The notes below the pieces were generated by a model. The model saw nothing but the letters and a program-made list of their open reading frames with translations. It had not been told where the DNA came from and ran no database searches. DNA of 58,847 nt from Candidatus Berkelbacteria bacterium (GTDB taxonomy: Bacteria; Patescibacteriota; UBA1384; XYA2-FULL-43-10; 1-14-0-10-43-13), in NCBI GenBank assembly GCA_026397135.1, contig JAPLVL010000060.1:8458-67304 (forward strand). Reading direction: 5' to 3'. Shown here one piece after another: positions 8,046 through 16,280 of the stretch (its first letter is position 1; every line of letters starts with the position of its first letter). A program made the position numbers and the translations under genes.

Positions 8046-9188
8046 CTACTCCGTTTTATCTGGTATCCCCAAGACCGAGACGACACCGTTTTGGTAACAA
8101 ACAACAATCTTCTTCTCACTATTCATCATCAACTTTTTGACCCGACTGCCGAAGGTCTTGCCTTTGTTGATCTGGATCGTGCCTATTTGTTGATAATTTC
8201 GTAAATTAAATATTCTTAATTCCGAACTAATTGTATCAGTTGCGACCAAGAATCGCCCTGCGGGATCTATCGCCATTTCGGAATAATATCCGGAAATATA
8301 TCTCGAATATTCCTCCCTCTTCATATCATAAACAGCCAAAATTCCAGCACCGGTCAATACCATCAGTTTCTGTCCCGAATCGAAGAGAAGAGCGTCATTG
8401 ATCGTAGACATTTTTTCTTTCTTGTTGCCGGAATACAGTATTGCCTCCTCTTTTTCTTGGTCCCAGATTGTCAATTTACCCTTCTCGCTGATTTCCAAGC
8501 AATTATTTCCATTAACATAAAACTTCCTAATTCTAATATCAATATTAGGCTCGTATAACTTGTTGAGAAACGGTTTGTCGATTTCACCATGTTGATTTAA
8601 ATATCCAACTTTATACGGATAGACAAGACCACAACCCACCAAATTACCCTCTTGATCATAATCAATTAATTTATCAGTCGGTGAATTCACAGTCGCACGG
8701 TCACCGGGTATATCGTATTCAACCAACACAGGCGGTCTGCTTGCTAATTTATCTTCCACTCCCATAAAGGCAATCTTCCTGCCATCGGGAGAAAAGGCCA
8801 GGGATTTATCAAAACTGAACCTCCGTACACCACAGTTTCTTGCAATCTCGCCAAGTTTAATGTGGCGAAGCTCTTCGCCGGTCTCCAAACTCACGGTCAA
8901 TATCTCGTCGTGATGGTAAAGTCCGGCAATCGTCTTCCTGTCCAAAGACAAGACGACGGGCCAATCGTATTTTTCATTGCCAGGAATCATCGCCTTTTCG
9001 GCGTCGAAGAAAGTTCGCCTGATTTCGCGATAATCCTCCCAAGAAATGAGGTACTTGCCCATTATTTCCCTCGCTTCGTTCATAATCGGCCAGGCTTGGC
9101 TGCCATCTTCTGTCTTCAACGCCAAATCAGCCCGCGTTTTCAGATGCTGCAACTTGACAATATCTGTTGTAATATCAATACATTTCAT
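8046..9188 (-). CDS. NCH-array paralog, class P (N-terminal Cys-helix module + WD40/PD40-like beta-propeller)
   Basis: The ORF-track start 9191 is GTG; the adjacent ATG 9188 gives MKCIDITTDIVKL, matching the family spacing. Blades FSPDGRKIAFMG, IDPAGRFLVATD. Confidence 0.85.
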   Translation of the reverse strand: MKCIDITTDIVKLQHLKTRADLALKTEDGSQAWPIMNEAREIMGKYLISWEDYREIRRTFFDAEKAMIPGNEKYDWPVVLSLDRKTIAGLYHHDEILTVSLETGEELRHIKLGEIARNCGVRRFSFDKSLAFSPDGRKIAFMGVEDKLASRPPVLVEYDIPGDRATVNSPTDKLIDYDQEGNLVGCGLVYPYKVGYLNQHGEIDKPFLNKLYEPNIDIRIRKFYVNGNNCLEISEKGKLTIWDQEKEEAILYSGNKKEKMSTINDALLFDSGQKLMVLTGAGILAVYDMKREEYSRYISGYYSEMAIDPAGRFLVATDTISSELRIFNLRNYQQIGTIQINKGKTFGSRVKKLMMNSEKKIVVCYQNGVVSVLGIPDKTE

Positions 9189-9215
9189 CACTGTTCTACT
9201 CTAATATTCAACACT

Positions 9216-9246
9216 ATTTTAACACTCATAATATATCTAACATCAA
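9216..9246 (-). promoter_or_regulatory. Candidate extended -10 promoter for 8046..9188
   Basis: Minus strand TGTTAAAAT (9224-9216) with weak -35 (TTGATG 9246-9241, 19-nt spacer, or GATGTT, 17 nt), 27 nt upstream of ATG 9188. The same TGTTAAAAT occurs at 29604-29596. Confidence 0.3.
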
Positions 9247-9391
9247 ACAAGGCAGAAATTGCCTTACTGATATTTTAGCATTTTTGAGGTTTCTCAAGCA
9301 AATATTTAGCTCGTAATTCCATGTGGTCTCTGCCACAGGGTAATTCATCCAAATATAGTGTTCAAAAATGAAAATAAAATAAGCATAAATA

Positions 9392-9435
9392 TTTTTCTAC
9401 ATAATATCGTCGATCGACGATATTATGTAGAAAAA
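9392..9435. repeat. Perfect 44-bp palindrome centred on CGATCG
   Basis: tttttctacataatatcgtcga|tcgacgatattatgtagaaaaa read directly. 65 nt upstream of plus-strand ATG 9501. Related imperfect copy at 10068-10106. Confidence 0.9.
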
Positions 9436-9500
9436 TAGCAGAATACAGGTACTGCTATTATGTTAAATTTATTTTTTAAGTTAAAATATATTAAAAATTT

Positions 9501-9773
9501 ATGCCTCAAGATGTTCTAGTTTTTTTTCCTACAGGTTTAAATACGCCTGAGGCAGAGGTTTTGTCATCAACTATTCAGTCCCTTCTAGATAAAAAAAAAC
9601 ATGTTACAATTTTAACATGCAGGGGTGGAAAAAATTACTATTGTGCAAAAAATATCTTCTCAATAAATTTAATTTGCATTTTATGTAAAAAAAAAAGAAA
9701 TACAACAGCCAATCTAGCTTTGTTCGTAAACCTGATTGATTCACCTGTATCAGATTTAGTAATTTCAATGTAG
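9501..9773 (+). pseudogene. Possible N-terminal gene fragment on the opposite strand (function unknown)
   Basis: MPQDVLVFFPTGLNTPEAEVLSSTIQSLLDKKKHVTILTCRGG... looks protein-like for about 60 aa, then degenerates. No Shine-Dalgarno site. Its 3' part overlaps the tail of 9638..9973. Confidence 0.2.
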
Positions 9774-9973
9774 CCACTTCTTTTCAGTCTGAAAAATAGC
9801 TTGCTCAAATTTGAGACCGACAATATATTATTATAATTGTCGTTGCCACGCATAATTTTGTATGCTTCTTGGCGGTCAAATGCGCGAAAAATATTCTCTG
9901 GTACTCCTAGAAAGCAATCTAAAATTTCCACAAGAACATCTTTGACTTTCGATTTGATCTCCTTCTTATCCAT
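9638..9973 (-). CDS. Small winged-helix-like DNA-binding protein (hypothetical)
   Basis: ATG 9973 is preceded by AAGGGAGGAG then 4 nt; the ORF-track GTG 10003 extension is rejected. The segment LSKLFFRLKRSGYIEITKSDTGESIRFTNKA resembles a wHTH recognition helix plus wing. The hydrophobic tail VVFLFFLHKMQIKF may be read-through. Confidence 0.5.
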   Translation of the reverse strand: MDKKEIKSKVKDVLVEILDCFLGVPENIFRAFDRQEAYKIMRGNDNYNNILSVSNLSKLFFRLKRSGYIEITKSDTGESIRFTNKARLAVVFLFFLHKMQIKFIEKIFFAQ

Positions 9974-10067
9974 CTCACTCCTCCCTTTCTTCTGAAAGTC
10001 CACTTTTCAATAATCTACTTTTTAAGTATTCACTTTCTTAATATTCAATCTGTTAATTATTTTTAAA

Positions 10068-10106
10068 TTCTACACTTTTTCGTCGATCGACGATATTTTG
10101 TAGAAG
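10068..10106. repeat. Imperfect palindrome centred on CGATCG (relative of 9392-9435)
   Basis: ttctacactttttcgtcga|tcgacgatattttgtagaa. The outer TTCTACA/TGTAGAA and the core CGTCGATCGACG pair; the middle 5 nt do not. 94 nt upstream of ATG 9973. Confidence 0.8.
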
Positions 10107-10199
10107 ATAAATTTATAAACTTGTGCGTGAGGTTAGGTTTTGATATTAAGCTAACAATTCATATTTTATATCTGATTTCATATAAAACCTCTGAACTGA

Positions 10200-11198
10200 T
10201 TATTTTCTCCACCTGGTTTTGAATCGCCTGAGATAGCTACTGTCGTAGCCGACAACGAAGCTGCCGTCAGGGAGGAAGGCAAGACTTGAATGAGGAAGAT
10301 TATCGATGAGATGTGACTTACCTTTGCCATCCCAAAAATACACTTCCTTTTCATTTGATATCAGGAATTTGCCGTCCTGGTGTGCCAGAAGAGTAATCTT
10401 GTCTAAATCCAAGCCCTCTGGTGTGATATCGCGCATAGTTGCGCCAAAATCATTAAACTGAGCTAGGAATAACTGCCCATTTTCCAAGCCTGTATAAACT
10501 GTCTTGTCATCTACTGCAAAAACGCTTGTGATGCGCTGAGGCAGAGAAATCATTTCTCGTGAGGAGACCAAATAGGAGTCCTTCGCATAGAAATAGTTGT
10601 TCGGGGTAGCGGCCAGCAAAGTGGGATTGTAAATCCCAGGTATTCTAGTCGGCCAGTCATCACGGCCAGCATCCCAAGTATAGAGAGAGGGCCCATCACT
10701 GATAATAAAATTATCCTTGGCCGGATCAGGCTGCACCACCTCATATTTTGGACCGTCGACCATATCGTTGAAGGTAAAGGAGTCAGCCACTTCGCCGTCT
10801 TCACCATCCAGATTGACCACTATACAGCCTCGGCCACTGTTGAAGGAGAACATTCTGTTTCCACAAAGCACTCTGTGCGTTCCCTTGGTTTCAGGCAAGT
10901 CCATAAAATCGCTTAACTCCACGGTATCAATATCCCAATGAATTTCAGACCGATCACTCAGTACGAAGACTCGATTCCCTCGGACCGTCACACTATTGAT
11001 TGGAAAGACAGCGCAAAGAATGTTTTCTTTGATGACTTCACTAAATTCGAGAATAACCTTCTCTATTTTCGACTTTATTTTGTTGCAATTTTCCAAATTT
11101 GATTTGAGGTTACGAGGATTTTCGATATCAACAATCTCTCTGGCCAAGCCAGCGATTTCAGAGAGAGCAAGTGTAATTTTTTGACAATTATTTTCCAT
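10200..11198 (-). CDS. NCH-array paralog, class P (N-terminal Cys-helix module + WD40/PD40-like beta-propeller)
   Basis: 332-aa ORF. MENNCQKITLALSEI. Blades GLENGQLFLAQF, FLPDGSFVVGYD. Confidence 0.85.
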   Translation of the reverse strand: MENNCQKITLALSEIAGLAREIVDIENPRNLKSNLENCNKIKSKIEKVILEFSEVIKENILCAVFPINSVTVRGNRVFVLSDRSEIHWDIDTVELSDFMDLPETKGTHRVLCGNRMFSFNSGRGCIVVNLDGEDGEVADSFTFNDMVDGPKYEVVQPDPAKDNFIISDGPSLYTWDAGRDDWPTRIPGIYNPTLLAATPNNYFYAKDSYLVSSREMISLPQRITSVFAVDDKTVYTGLENGQLFLAQFNDFGATMRDITPEGLDLDKITLLAHQDGKFLISNEKEVYFWDGKGKSHLIDNLPHSSLAFLPDGSFVVGYDSSYLRRFKTRWRK

Positions 11199-11213
11199 TT
11201 GAAATTTCGCGAT

Positions 11214-12359
11214 TTAAGCGACTCCTTTCTTGCCAAAGACCTGGAGATTGCCGCTCGCGCCACCAACAACGAAACGACCATTCGGAAGTGCAGCGAGAGA
11301 TTCTACGAAATGACCCTCTGCTTTGCGATTATGAATGTGTGTCCACTTTGGATCAGTGATATCCTCGACAACATAGACAAAAGTTCCATCAGAGAGGGCA
11401 ACCGATTGGTCGCTCAGACGAATAATTGCGAACTTATTGCTTCTCAGAGTCATTATTTCCTCTGTCTTGCTATTTCCCAGATCCCAGCGTACAACCCTGC
11501 CGTCTACTCCGATCACAATCATGTACTGCTCGTTGACCGGGCAAACCTTCGCCAATTTGTCTAGTCCCAAGTCATCGGCCCAAATGTCTATAAAATCGCT
11601 GTGCATTGAATTGACGACCGTATTGCTATATCTAGCATTCGGATCATCGGCAGGATAATTTTTCGGATCATTCAGGATCAGAACATTACTTTCCTGGACC
11701 AGATAGAGCGAGTTGCCCAGACTTTTCATATCAATAATTTCCTCGACCATGCTTTCAAATGGCTTAATCTTCAGCGCCGAGATCGGGAATCGCCTGTTTG
11801 CCTCCTGCCCTTGGCGAAACTTCTTGCACGCAGCCGTGTCGATATACCAAAGGCGATTATCATCAGAGACGATATAGTCTCCCTGGCCAATTTCGACAAT
11901 ACTAGCATTATAATAAATCTCGCCCAAATCAGCAAAAATAGTTTCGTCCTCACTATGACGTAGCGAAAATATTTTACAGAAGGGACGATCAAAAAGAGCG
12001 ACCTTGTTCCCGACCAGTTCGTAGTTCGCGGAGAGATCGAGGAGATCGGAAGAATCAATCAATTCTGTTGGTCGATCGAGATTGTTGACATCCAAAACCC
12101 TGAAGCCAAAATATCCTTCGACAAAAATCTCGTTACCACCAGCCGAAACAGAACTAATTGCATTGCCAGAACACTGAACCTCCTTGACTAGACGGTATGG
12201 CAAGAATTCGTAAAGTTCATTCACTTTCCTCTTGATCCGGTCCATCATTTTCTGCGACTCCTGGATTTTATCTATGTCCTTTGATTGCATGTCAAAATCT
12301 GTGATCATTTTGACCATTCCTGTCAGTTTCTGTGTCATTTTGGAGCATCGCTTCTTCAT
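11214..12359 (-). CDS. NCH-array paralog, class P (N-terminal Cys-helix module + WD40/PD40-like beta-propeller)
   Basis: 381-aa ORF. MKKRCSKMTQKLTGMVKMITDFD. Blades IGVDGRVVRWDL, ALPNGRFVVGGASGNLQVFG. ATGA overlap with the upstream gene at 12356-12359. Confidence 0.85.
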   Translation of the reverse strand: MKKRCSKMTQKLTGMVKMITDFDMQSKDIDKIQESQKMMDRIKRKVNELYEFLPYRLVKEVQCSGNAISSVSAGGNEIFVEGYFGFRVLDVNNLDRPTELIDSSDLLDLSANYELVGNKVALFDRPFCKIFSLRHSEDETIFADLGEIYYNASIVEIGQGDYIVSDDNRLWYIDTAACKKFRQGQEANRRFPISALKIKPFESMVEEIIDMKSLGNSLYLVQESNVLILNDPKNYPADDPNARYSNTVVNSMHSDFIDIWADDLGLDKLAKVCPVNEQYMIVIGVDGRVVRWDLGNSKTEEIMTLRSNKFAIIRLSDQSVALSDGTFVYVVEDITDPKWTHIHNRKAEGHFVESLAALPNGRFVVGGASGNLQVFGKKGVA

Positions 12360-13366
12360 TTTTCGTCTTTTTTCTCTTCATAAATATGAACTTTGGCAGA
12401 ATGCAAGAAAACTTCCCGATAAATGAGTCTGCCCTTGTCCATCAAGATTGAACCATTCGTCCCGATTCGAGACCCGAGACGCGAGCCGTCTGGACTAATC
12501 TTCTTTTTCAGCTCGAAATTCTCTGAATCCAGAGCATAACCCTCTCCACCAATTATTGCCAAAAGAAATTCTTCGCCTGGGCTGAAACTGATTCTTGCAG
12601 TAGTTCCGAGATCGACTTCGCTCATACCAGGAAGAGAATCAACCAACTCCCGCTTCACCACCTTGTTTTCATTCAAGTCCAGGACATTTATATATTCACC
12701 AGTTATAAAAACGACCTGGGCTTTTGACTGCGAGATCGCAAAGCTATTGTAGGCCGGAACCTTTTCTTTGATCTCGAAGATTACTCTGCCCTTGTTGTTG
12801 TCGATTACTATTAGATCAGTCTTGTTCGTTTCTCTGTCCCAAAGCGAGACCAGAGCCCAATTTCGAGAGGTCGCTTTGATATTTGCGATTCTGTTAGGGA
12901 AGAGGGGCACTCTCTCCAAATCATCCACATTTACCATGTAGAGAGCATTGCCCTCTGTCAGCAATATCTTGTTTTCACCAGCCGGACGAGCATTTGTCAT
13001 GCCGGACACAGGAAGCTCTTTCCGAGTGATAAATTTGCCAGGGGATTCCTCTTCCAATATTCGAGGGACGCTGCCAATCTGGTCAACGAAGAGATTTCCG
13101 CCTCTAATTTTGGCAAAACTGGCAAAGTGATTGGAGCTTTCTGCCTCCATTTCAAAACAGCTCGTCTCGACAAAATTATCCAGATTCAAATTCGATTCAA
13201 GCTTCGTCTCAGTCAAGAAGTATGTTTCTGCTATGATTTGATCAATTTCAGCACAAATATCAAGCGCAGCCGAAAAATTACTGGCTTTCTCCAGCTGTTT
13301 TTGCTCCCTCACAAGATAAATAATTTCCTGTAAAGTTGAAGTTAATTTTTGGCAATCAGACGACAT
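12356..13366 (-). CDS. NCH-array paralog, class P (N-terminal Cys-helix module + WD40/PD40-like beta-propeller)
   Basis: 336-aa ORF. MSSDCQKLTSTLQEI. Blades FSPGEEFLLAIIGGEGYALD, ISPDGSRLGS. Confidence 0.85.
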   Translation of the reverse strand: MSSDCQKLTSTLQEIIYLVREQKQLEKASNFSAALDICAEIDQIIAETYFLTETKLESNLNLDNFVETSCFEMEAESSNHFASFAKIRGGNLFVDQIGSVPRILEEESPGKFITRKELPVSGMTNARPAGENKILLTEGNALYMVNVDDLERVPLFPNRIANIKATSRNWALVSLWDRETNKTDLIVIDNNKGRVIFEIKEKVPAYNSFAISQSKAQVVFITGEYINVLDLNENKVVKRELVDSLPGMSEVDLGTTARISFSPGEEFLLAIIGGEGYALDSENFELKKKISPDGSRLGSRIGTNGSILMDKGRLIYREVFLHSAKVHIYEEKKDEK

Positions 13367-13516
13367 AAATTTTAATTCATTAACCTAATATCGAATCGAC
13401 CGAAATGACCTAGTAATGCCTTCGATTTGATTTGTTCGATTGATTCGGTATTCGGTTGATCTTGTTTCTTGGTTCTAACCCTTGCTGCTTAATTCTTGAT
13501 GAACTTTATAACCTGC
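13367..13516 (-). repeat. Conserved intergenic module, copy b
   Basis: Contains atcgaatcga (13390-13399) and the mismatched partner tcgatttgat (13422-13431), cttgatgaactttataacctgctcac, and 3 octamer units from 13513. Confidence 0.8.
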
Positions 13517-14860
13517 TCACCTACTTACCTGACTCACTGTTTTGCTTATTCCTTCCCAATCCGGCTCATCTTCGACATCTACGAGGCGGCCGATTTCATC
13601 ACCAGTATCGTACACCCGGAGCAAGATCGCGCCGCCACTCTTGCTCTCTGCAATTTTCTCTCGGACTTGCTCTATGGTTGTATTTGCCCTCTCAACAATG
13701 ATCACCCCGCCGGTCATATTTTCTCCGAAAATATCTGGTAGACTCCGAAGTAGCAAGATTCCTTTGTACATTCCTCTGGTTATGTTGGTAGAGTAAAACA
13801 TCCCAGCTGCAGATTCTATAAACCCATCGTCATTTAGAAGCTCGCTTACCACAACCCTACTATGCACTACCGGAATGTGACTCGGAGTCGAGTATTGATT
13901 GAGGTAATTGATTTGTCTTCCACCGAAAGTAAGCTCCTCGACTTGCAAATGCCAAACTCTCATCTCGTTTGTCGAATGGTTCACTACCGGTGGCAGGACA
14001 CGGTCGAAGATGACGTTGCCACTTCTGAAACTGGAAATTTGCTCCGTCTTCCTGGTCACAGCCAGGCCACCGCTCATCTCGGAGGCAAAAGCAAATGACG
14101 CTTCACCAACATGGAGATAGCCACCTCTCAAATGATCCCCAGCAAAGACACCGGCCGTCTCTGCAAAAATTTTGCCGCCAGACATTCGATTGCCAAGTCG
14201 CGAATCAGCCTCACTGACCACGATCACTCCGCCTCGCATCTTGTAGCCAAGCGAATTGCCGGCTCTTTCCAGAACAATTTTGCCGCGCGTGAGGTAAGCC
14301 CCGAAAAAATCATTCAAATCAGGCGGCGGCTCCGACAAGGTGACGACACTATCCTTTTCCATCAATTTATCCAGGAAAATAGCGTTCAGAAAGATTGGCA
14401 GATACAGAGTCTCATTCTCCTCCGATAGCCCAGCAAGCTTTTCGATCCGATTTCTGGCAGCAAGATATTCCGGACTCTTCATGAAATTGAGAAAACTTTG
14501 ATATTGTCGCGTACCGAATTGATTGCGCTTCTTGGTGAAATCGGCAAAAATTGTTTGAAATTCCAAATATCCGTCGTCTTCAAATTCCCTAATTTCGTCA
14601 TCTTCGTAATCTCCTATGCCGGCAATATATTTCCTAAGAATCCAACCGAATCTCTCAATTCTATTCGGCTCGAGGAAATGCAGGATGAAATTGTTCACAT
14701 CAACATTTTTCAAATCAAGCTTCTCAATCTCCGTGCTCATACTCTCTTGGAGCTGCCTCAGTTTTTTGACATTTTTCTGATCATAAAATTGATCAAACTC
14801 CTTCTGACTTCTCTGTAAATTCAAAATACCACTGGTCAGACCTTGGCAATCCAGAGTCAC
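13517..14860 (-). CDS. NCH-array paralog, class G (N-terminal Cys-helix module + GXGXG beta-helix)
   Basis: Start moved to GTG 14860 (GGAGGG at 14874-14869, 8-nt spacer), giving MTLDCQGLTSGILNLQRSQKEFD. GXGXG run GNSLGYKMRGGVIVVSEADSRLGNRMSGGKIFAETAGVFAGDHLRGGYLHVG. Confidence 0.85.
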   Translation of the reverse strand: MTLDCQGLTSGILNLQRSQKEFDQFYDQKNVKKLRQLQESMSTEIEKLDLKNVDVNNFILHFLEPNRIERFGWILRKYIAGIGDYEDDEIREFEDDGYLEFQTIFADFTKKRNQFGTRQYQSFLNFMKSPEYLAARNRIEKLAGLSEENETLYLPIFLNAIFLDKLMEKDSVVTLSEPPPDLNDFFGAYLTRGKIVLERAGNSLGYKMRGGVIVVSEADSRLGNRMSGGKIFAETAGVFAGDHLRGGYLHVGEASFAFASEMSGGLAVTRKTEQISSFRSGNVIFDRVLPPVVNHSTNEMRVWHLQVEELTFGGRQINYLNQYSTPSHIPVVHSRVVVSELLNDDGFIESAAGMFYSTNITRGMYKGILLLRSLPDIFGENMTGGVIIVERANTTIEQVREKIAESKSGGAILLRVYDTGDEIGRLVDVEDEPDWEGISKTVSQVSR

Positions 14861-14918
14861 TTCAGCTTCCCTCCAATCAATCTTCGCTTCACTGTTAGAT
14901 GTAAATCCTCGACCTTTT

Positions 14919-16280
14919 CTAATTACCATTTCGATCCTTCCCGCCTCTACCACTTTGACCGAACAATCTCTTGCCGTTTTTGTCTATATAATAGTCGGTA
15001 TATGCGCCATCTTCGAGGTCAGCGACTTTGGCTACGCCGTCCGCAAACGACCAGGCATTCGCGAAAACTTTCGGCCTGCCATCCGAATCCAGGACAGCCG
15101 GTTTGCCGCTGGTATCGATATAAATCCAGCTATCGGTCATATTTGTTTCTGGATCAATAGGACGAACCGCCGCCATGCCATCGGAGAAACTACGGGCGTC
15201 AATGAAAGCTCGGAAGTGGTTAAGCGCAGGGAAACCGTTTCTGTTGATAAAATATTTGTAATAATTTCCAGTATAATCCGCCGACAAATTCACAGATTCC
15301 ACAAGCGCCAAACCTTCAGAGAAATCTTCTGCTTCCTCAAATGTTTTGAACCCAGTCGGAGAATCAAAGTCGGCTTCAATTCCACCCAAGATACGCATCT
15401 CGGCACCAACTAATTCGCCATACAAATATTCACTATCCTGCTCACTGAAAACAATTTGACAGATACCATTGTGTGGGGGATTGATTGATTCGGGATTGAA
15501 GGGAAGAGTAAATTCAACTTTGCTCCCATCAGTTGACACAGCTGCCCAAATCGATCTTCCTCGATCATCAAATGAGCCAGTATCGACAATTGATATTCCC
15601 TCACTAAAAGGGCTAACATTTTCGAGAATATCTTCTGTAATCACATTTCCACTGGTGTCGATCAATTTGAAATTATCATTGATTGTCTCCGCTACCCAGG
15701 CTCGATCATCACGAAAAGGAGTCGCGATCAAATAATATTGCGAGGTCTTGCCATCCGAATCGAGAAAAGTCAGCCTGCCCGATTCAAGTGGCGATACCAA
15801 ATATGGCGGATCAGAATCCTCATCGAGGTAGCGGAAACGTTCGGAAATTGGCTCTCCTTCTCGATCAATTAGTTGATAATTGTCCGTACGCGAAGTCCCA
15901 ATCCATTCTTCCATCTCAAAACTGGTGTGAATCCAAGCCGAGCCCTGCCTGAACTTGCCAACGCCTGTTATCGGCTGATCACGAAAATCTTTGATAATTT
16001 CGCCCTGGCTCGAGACAAGGAGATACGATTCATCGTTTGTGCCGAAGGCCAATCCCTCGTGGAATTTTCCAAGCCAATTAAGCCCTAACTGCTTGGCAAT
16101 CCGATCGCGGATCAAGACTTGGTTCAGGTCGGCCAGCTCGATAATTTCCGTCATCTCTGATTGAATATTTCTATATTTCTCCATCGCCTTGCCGATTCGT
16201 CCAGCTTCAAAGTTATCATCAAACTCCGCGAATAGCTTCGGCAATTTCAGAAGTTTGGTGGTAATTTCAAGACATCTCAT
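14919..16280 (-). CDS. NCH-array paralog, class W (N-terminal Cys-helix module + WG-containing repeats)
   Basis: 453-aa ORF. MRCLEITTKLLKLPKLFAEFDD. Repeats FHEGLAFG, FRQGSAWI, FSEGLALVE, FSDGMAAVR, FADGVAKVA. Confidence 0.85.
   Translation of the reverse strand: MRCLEITTKLLKLPKLFAEFDDNFEAGRIGKAMEKYRNIQSEMTEIIELADLNQVLIRDRIAKQLGLNWLGKFHEGLAFGTNDESYLLVSSQGEIIKDFRDQPITGVGKFRQGSAWIHTSFEMEEWIGTSRTDNYQLIDREGEPISERFRYLDEDSDPPYLVSPLESGRLTFLDSDGKTSQYYLIATPFRDDRAWVAETINDNFKLIDTSGNVITEDILENVSPFSEGISIVDTGSFDDRGRSIWAAVSTDGSKVEFTLPFNPESINPPHNGICQIVFSEQDSEYLYGELVGAEMRILGGIEADFDSPTGFKTFEEAEDFSEGLALVESVNLSADYTGNYYKYFINRNGFPALNHFRAFIDARSFSDGMAAVRPIDPETNMTDSWIYIDTSGKPAVLDSDGRPKVFANAWSFADGVAKVADLEDGAYTDYYIDKNGKRLFGQSGRGGKDRNGN

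Noticed and set aside
14861-14953. ORF-track N-terminal extension of 13517..14953 (MVEAGRIEMVIRKG...)
   Set aside because: The family alignment places the module at MTLDCQGLT, starting at GTG 14860 with GGAGGG 8 nt upstream. The extension would overlap the upstream gene by 35 nt.
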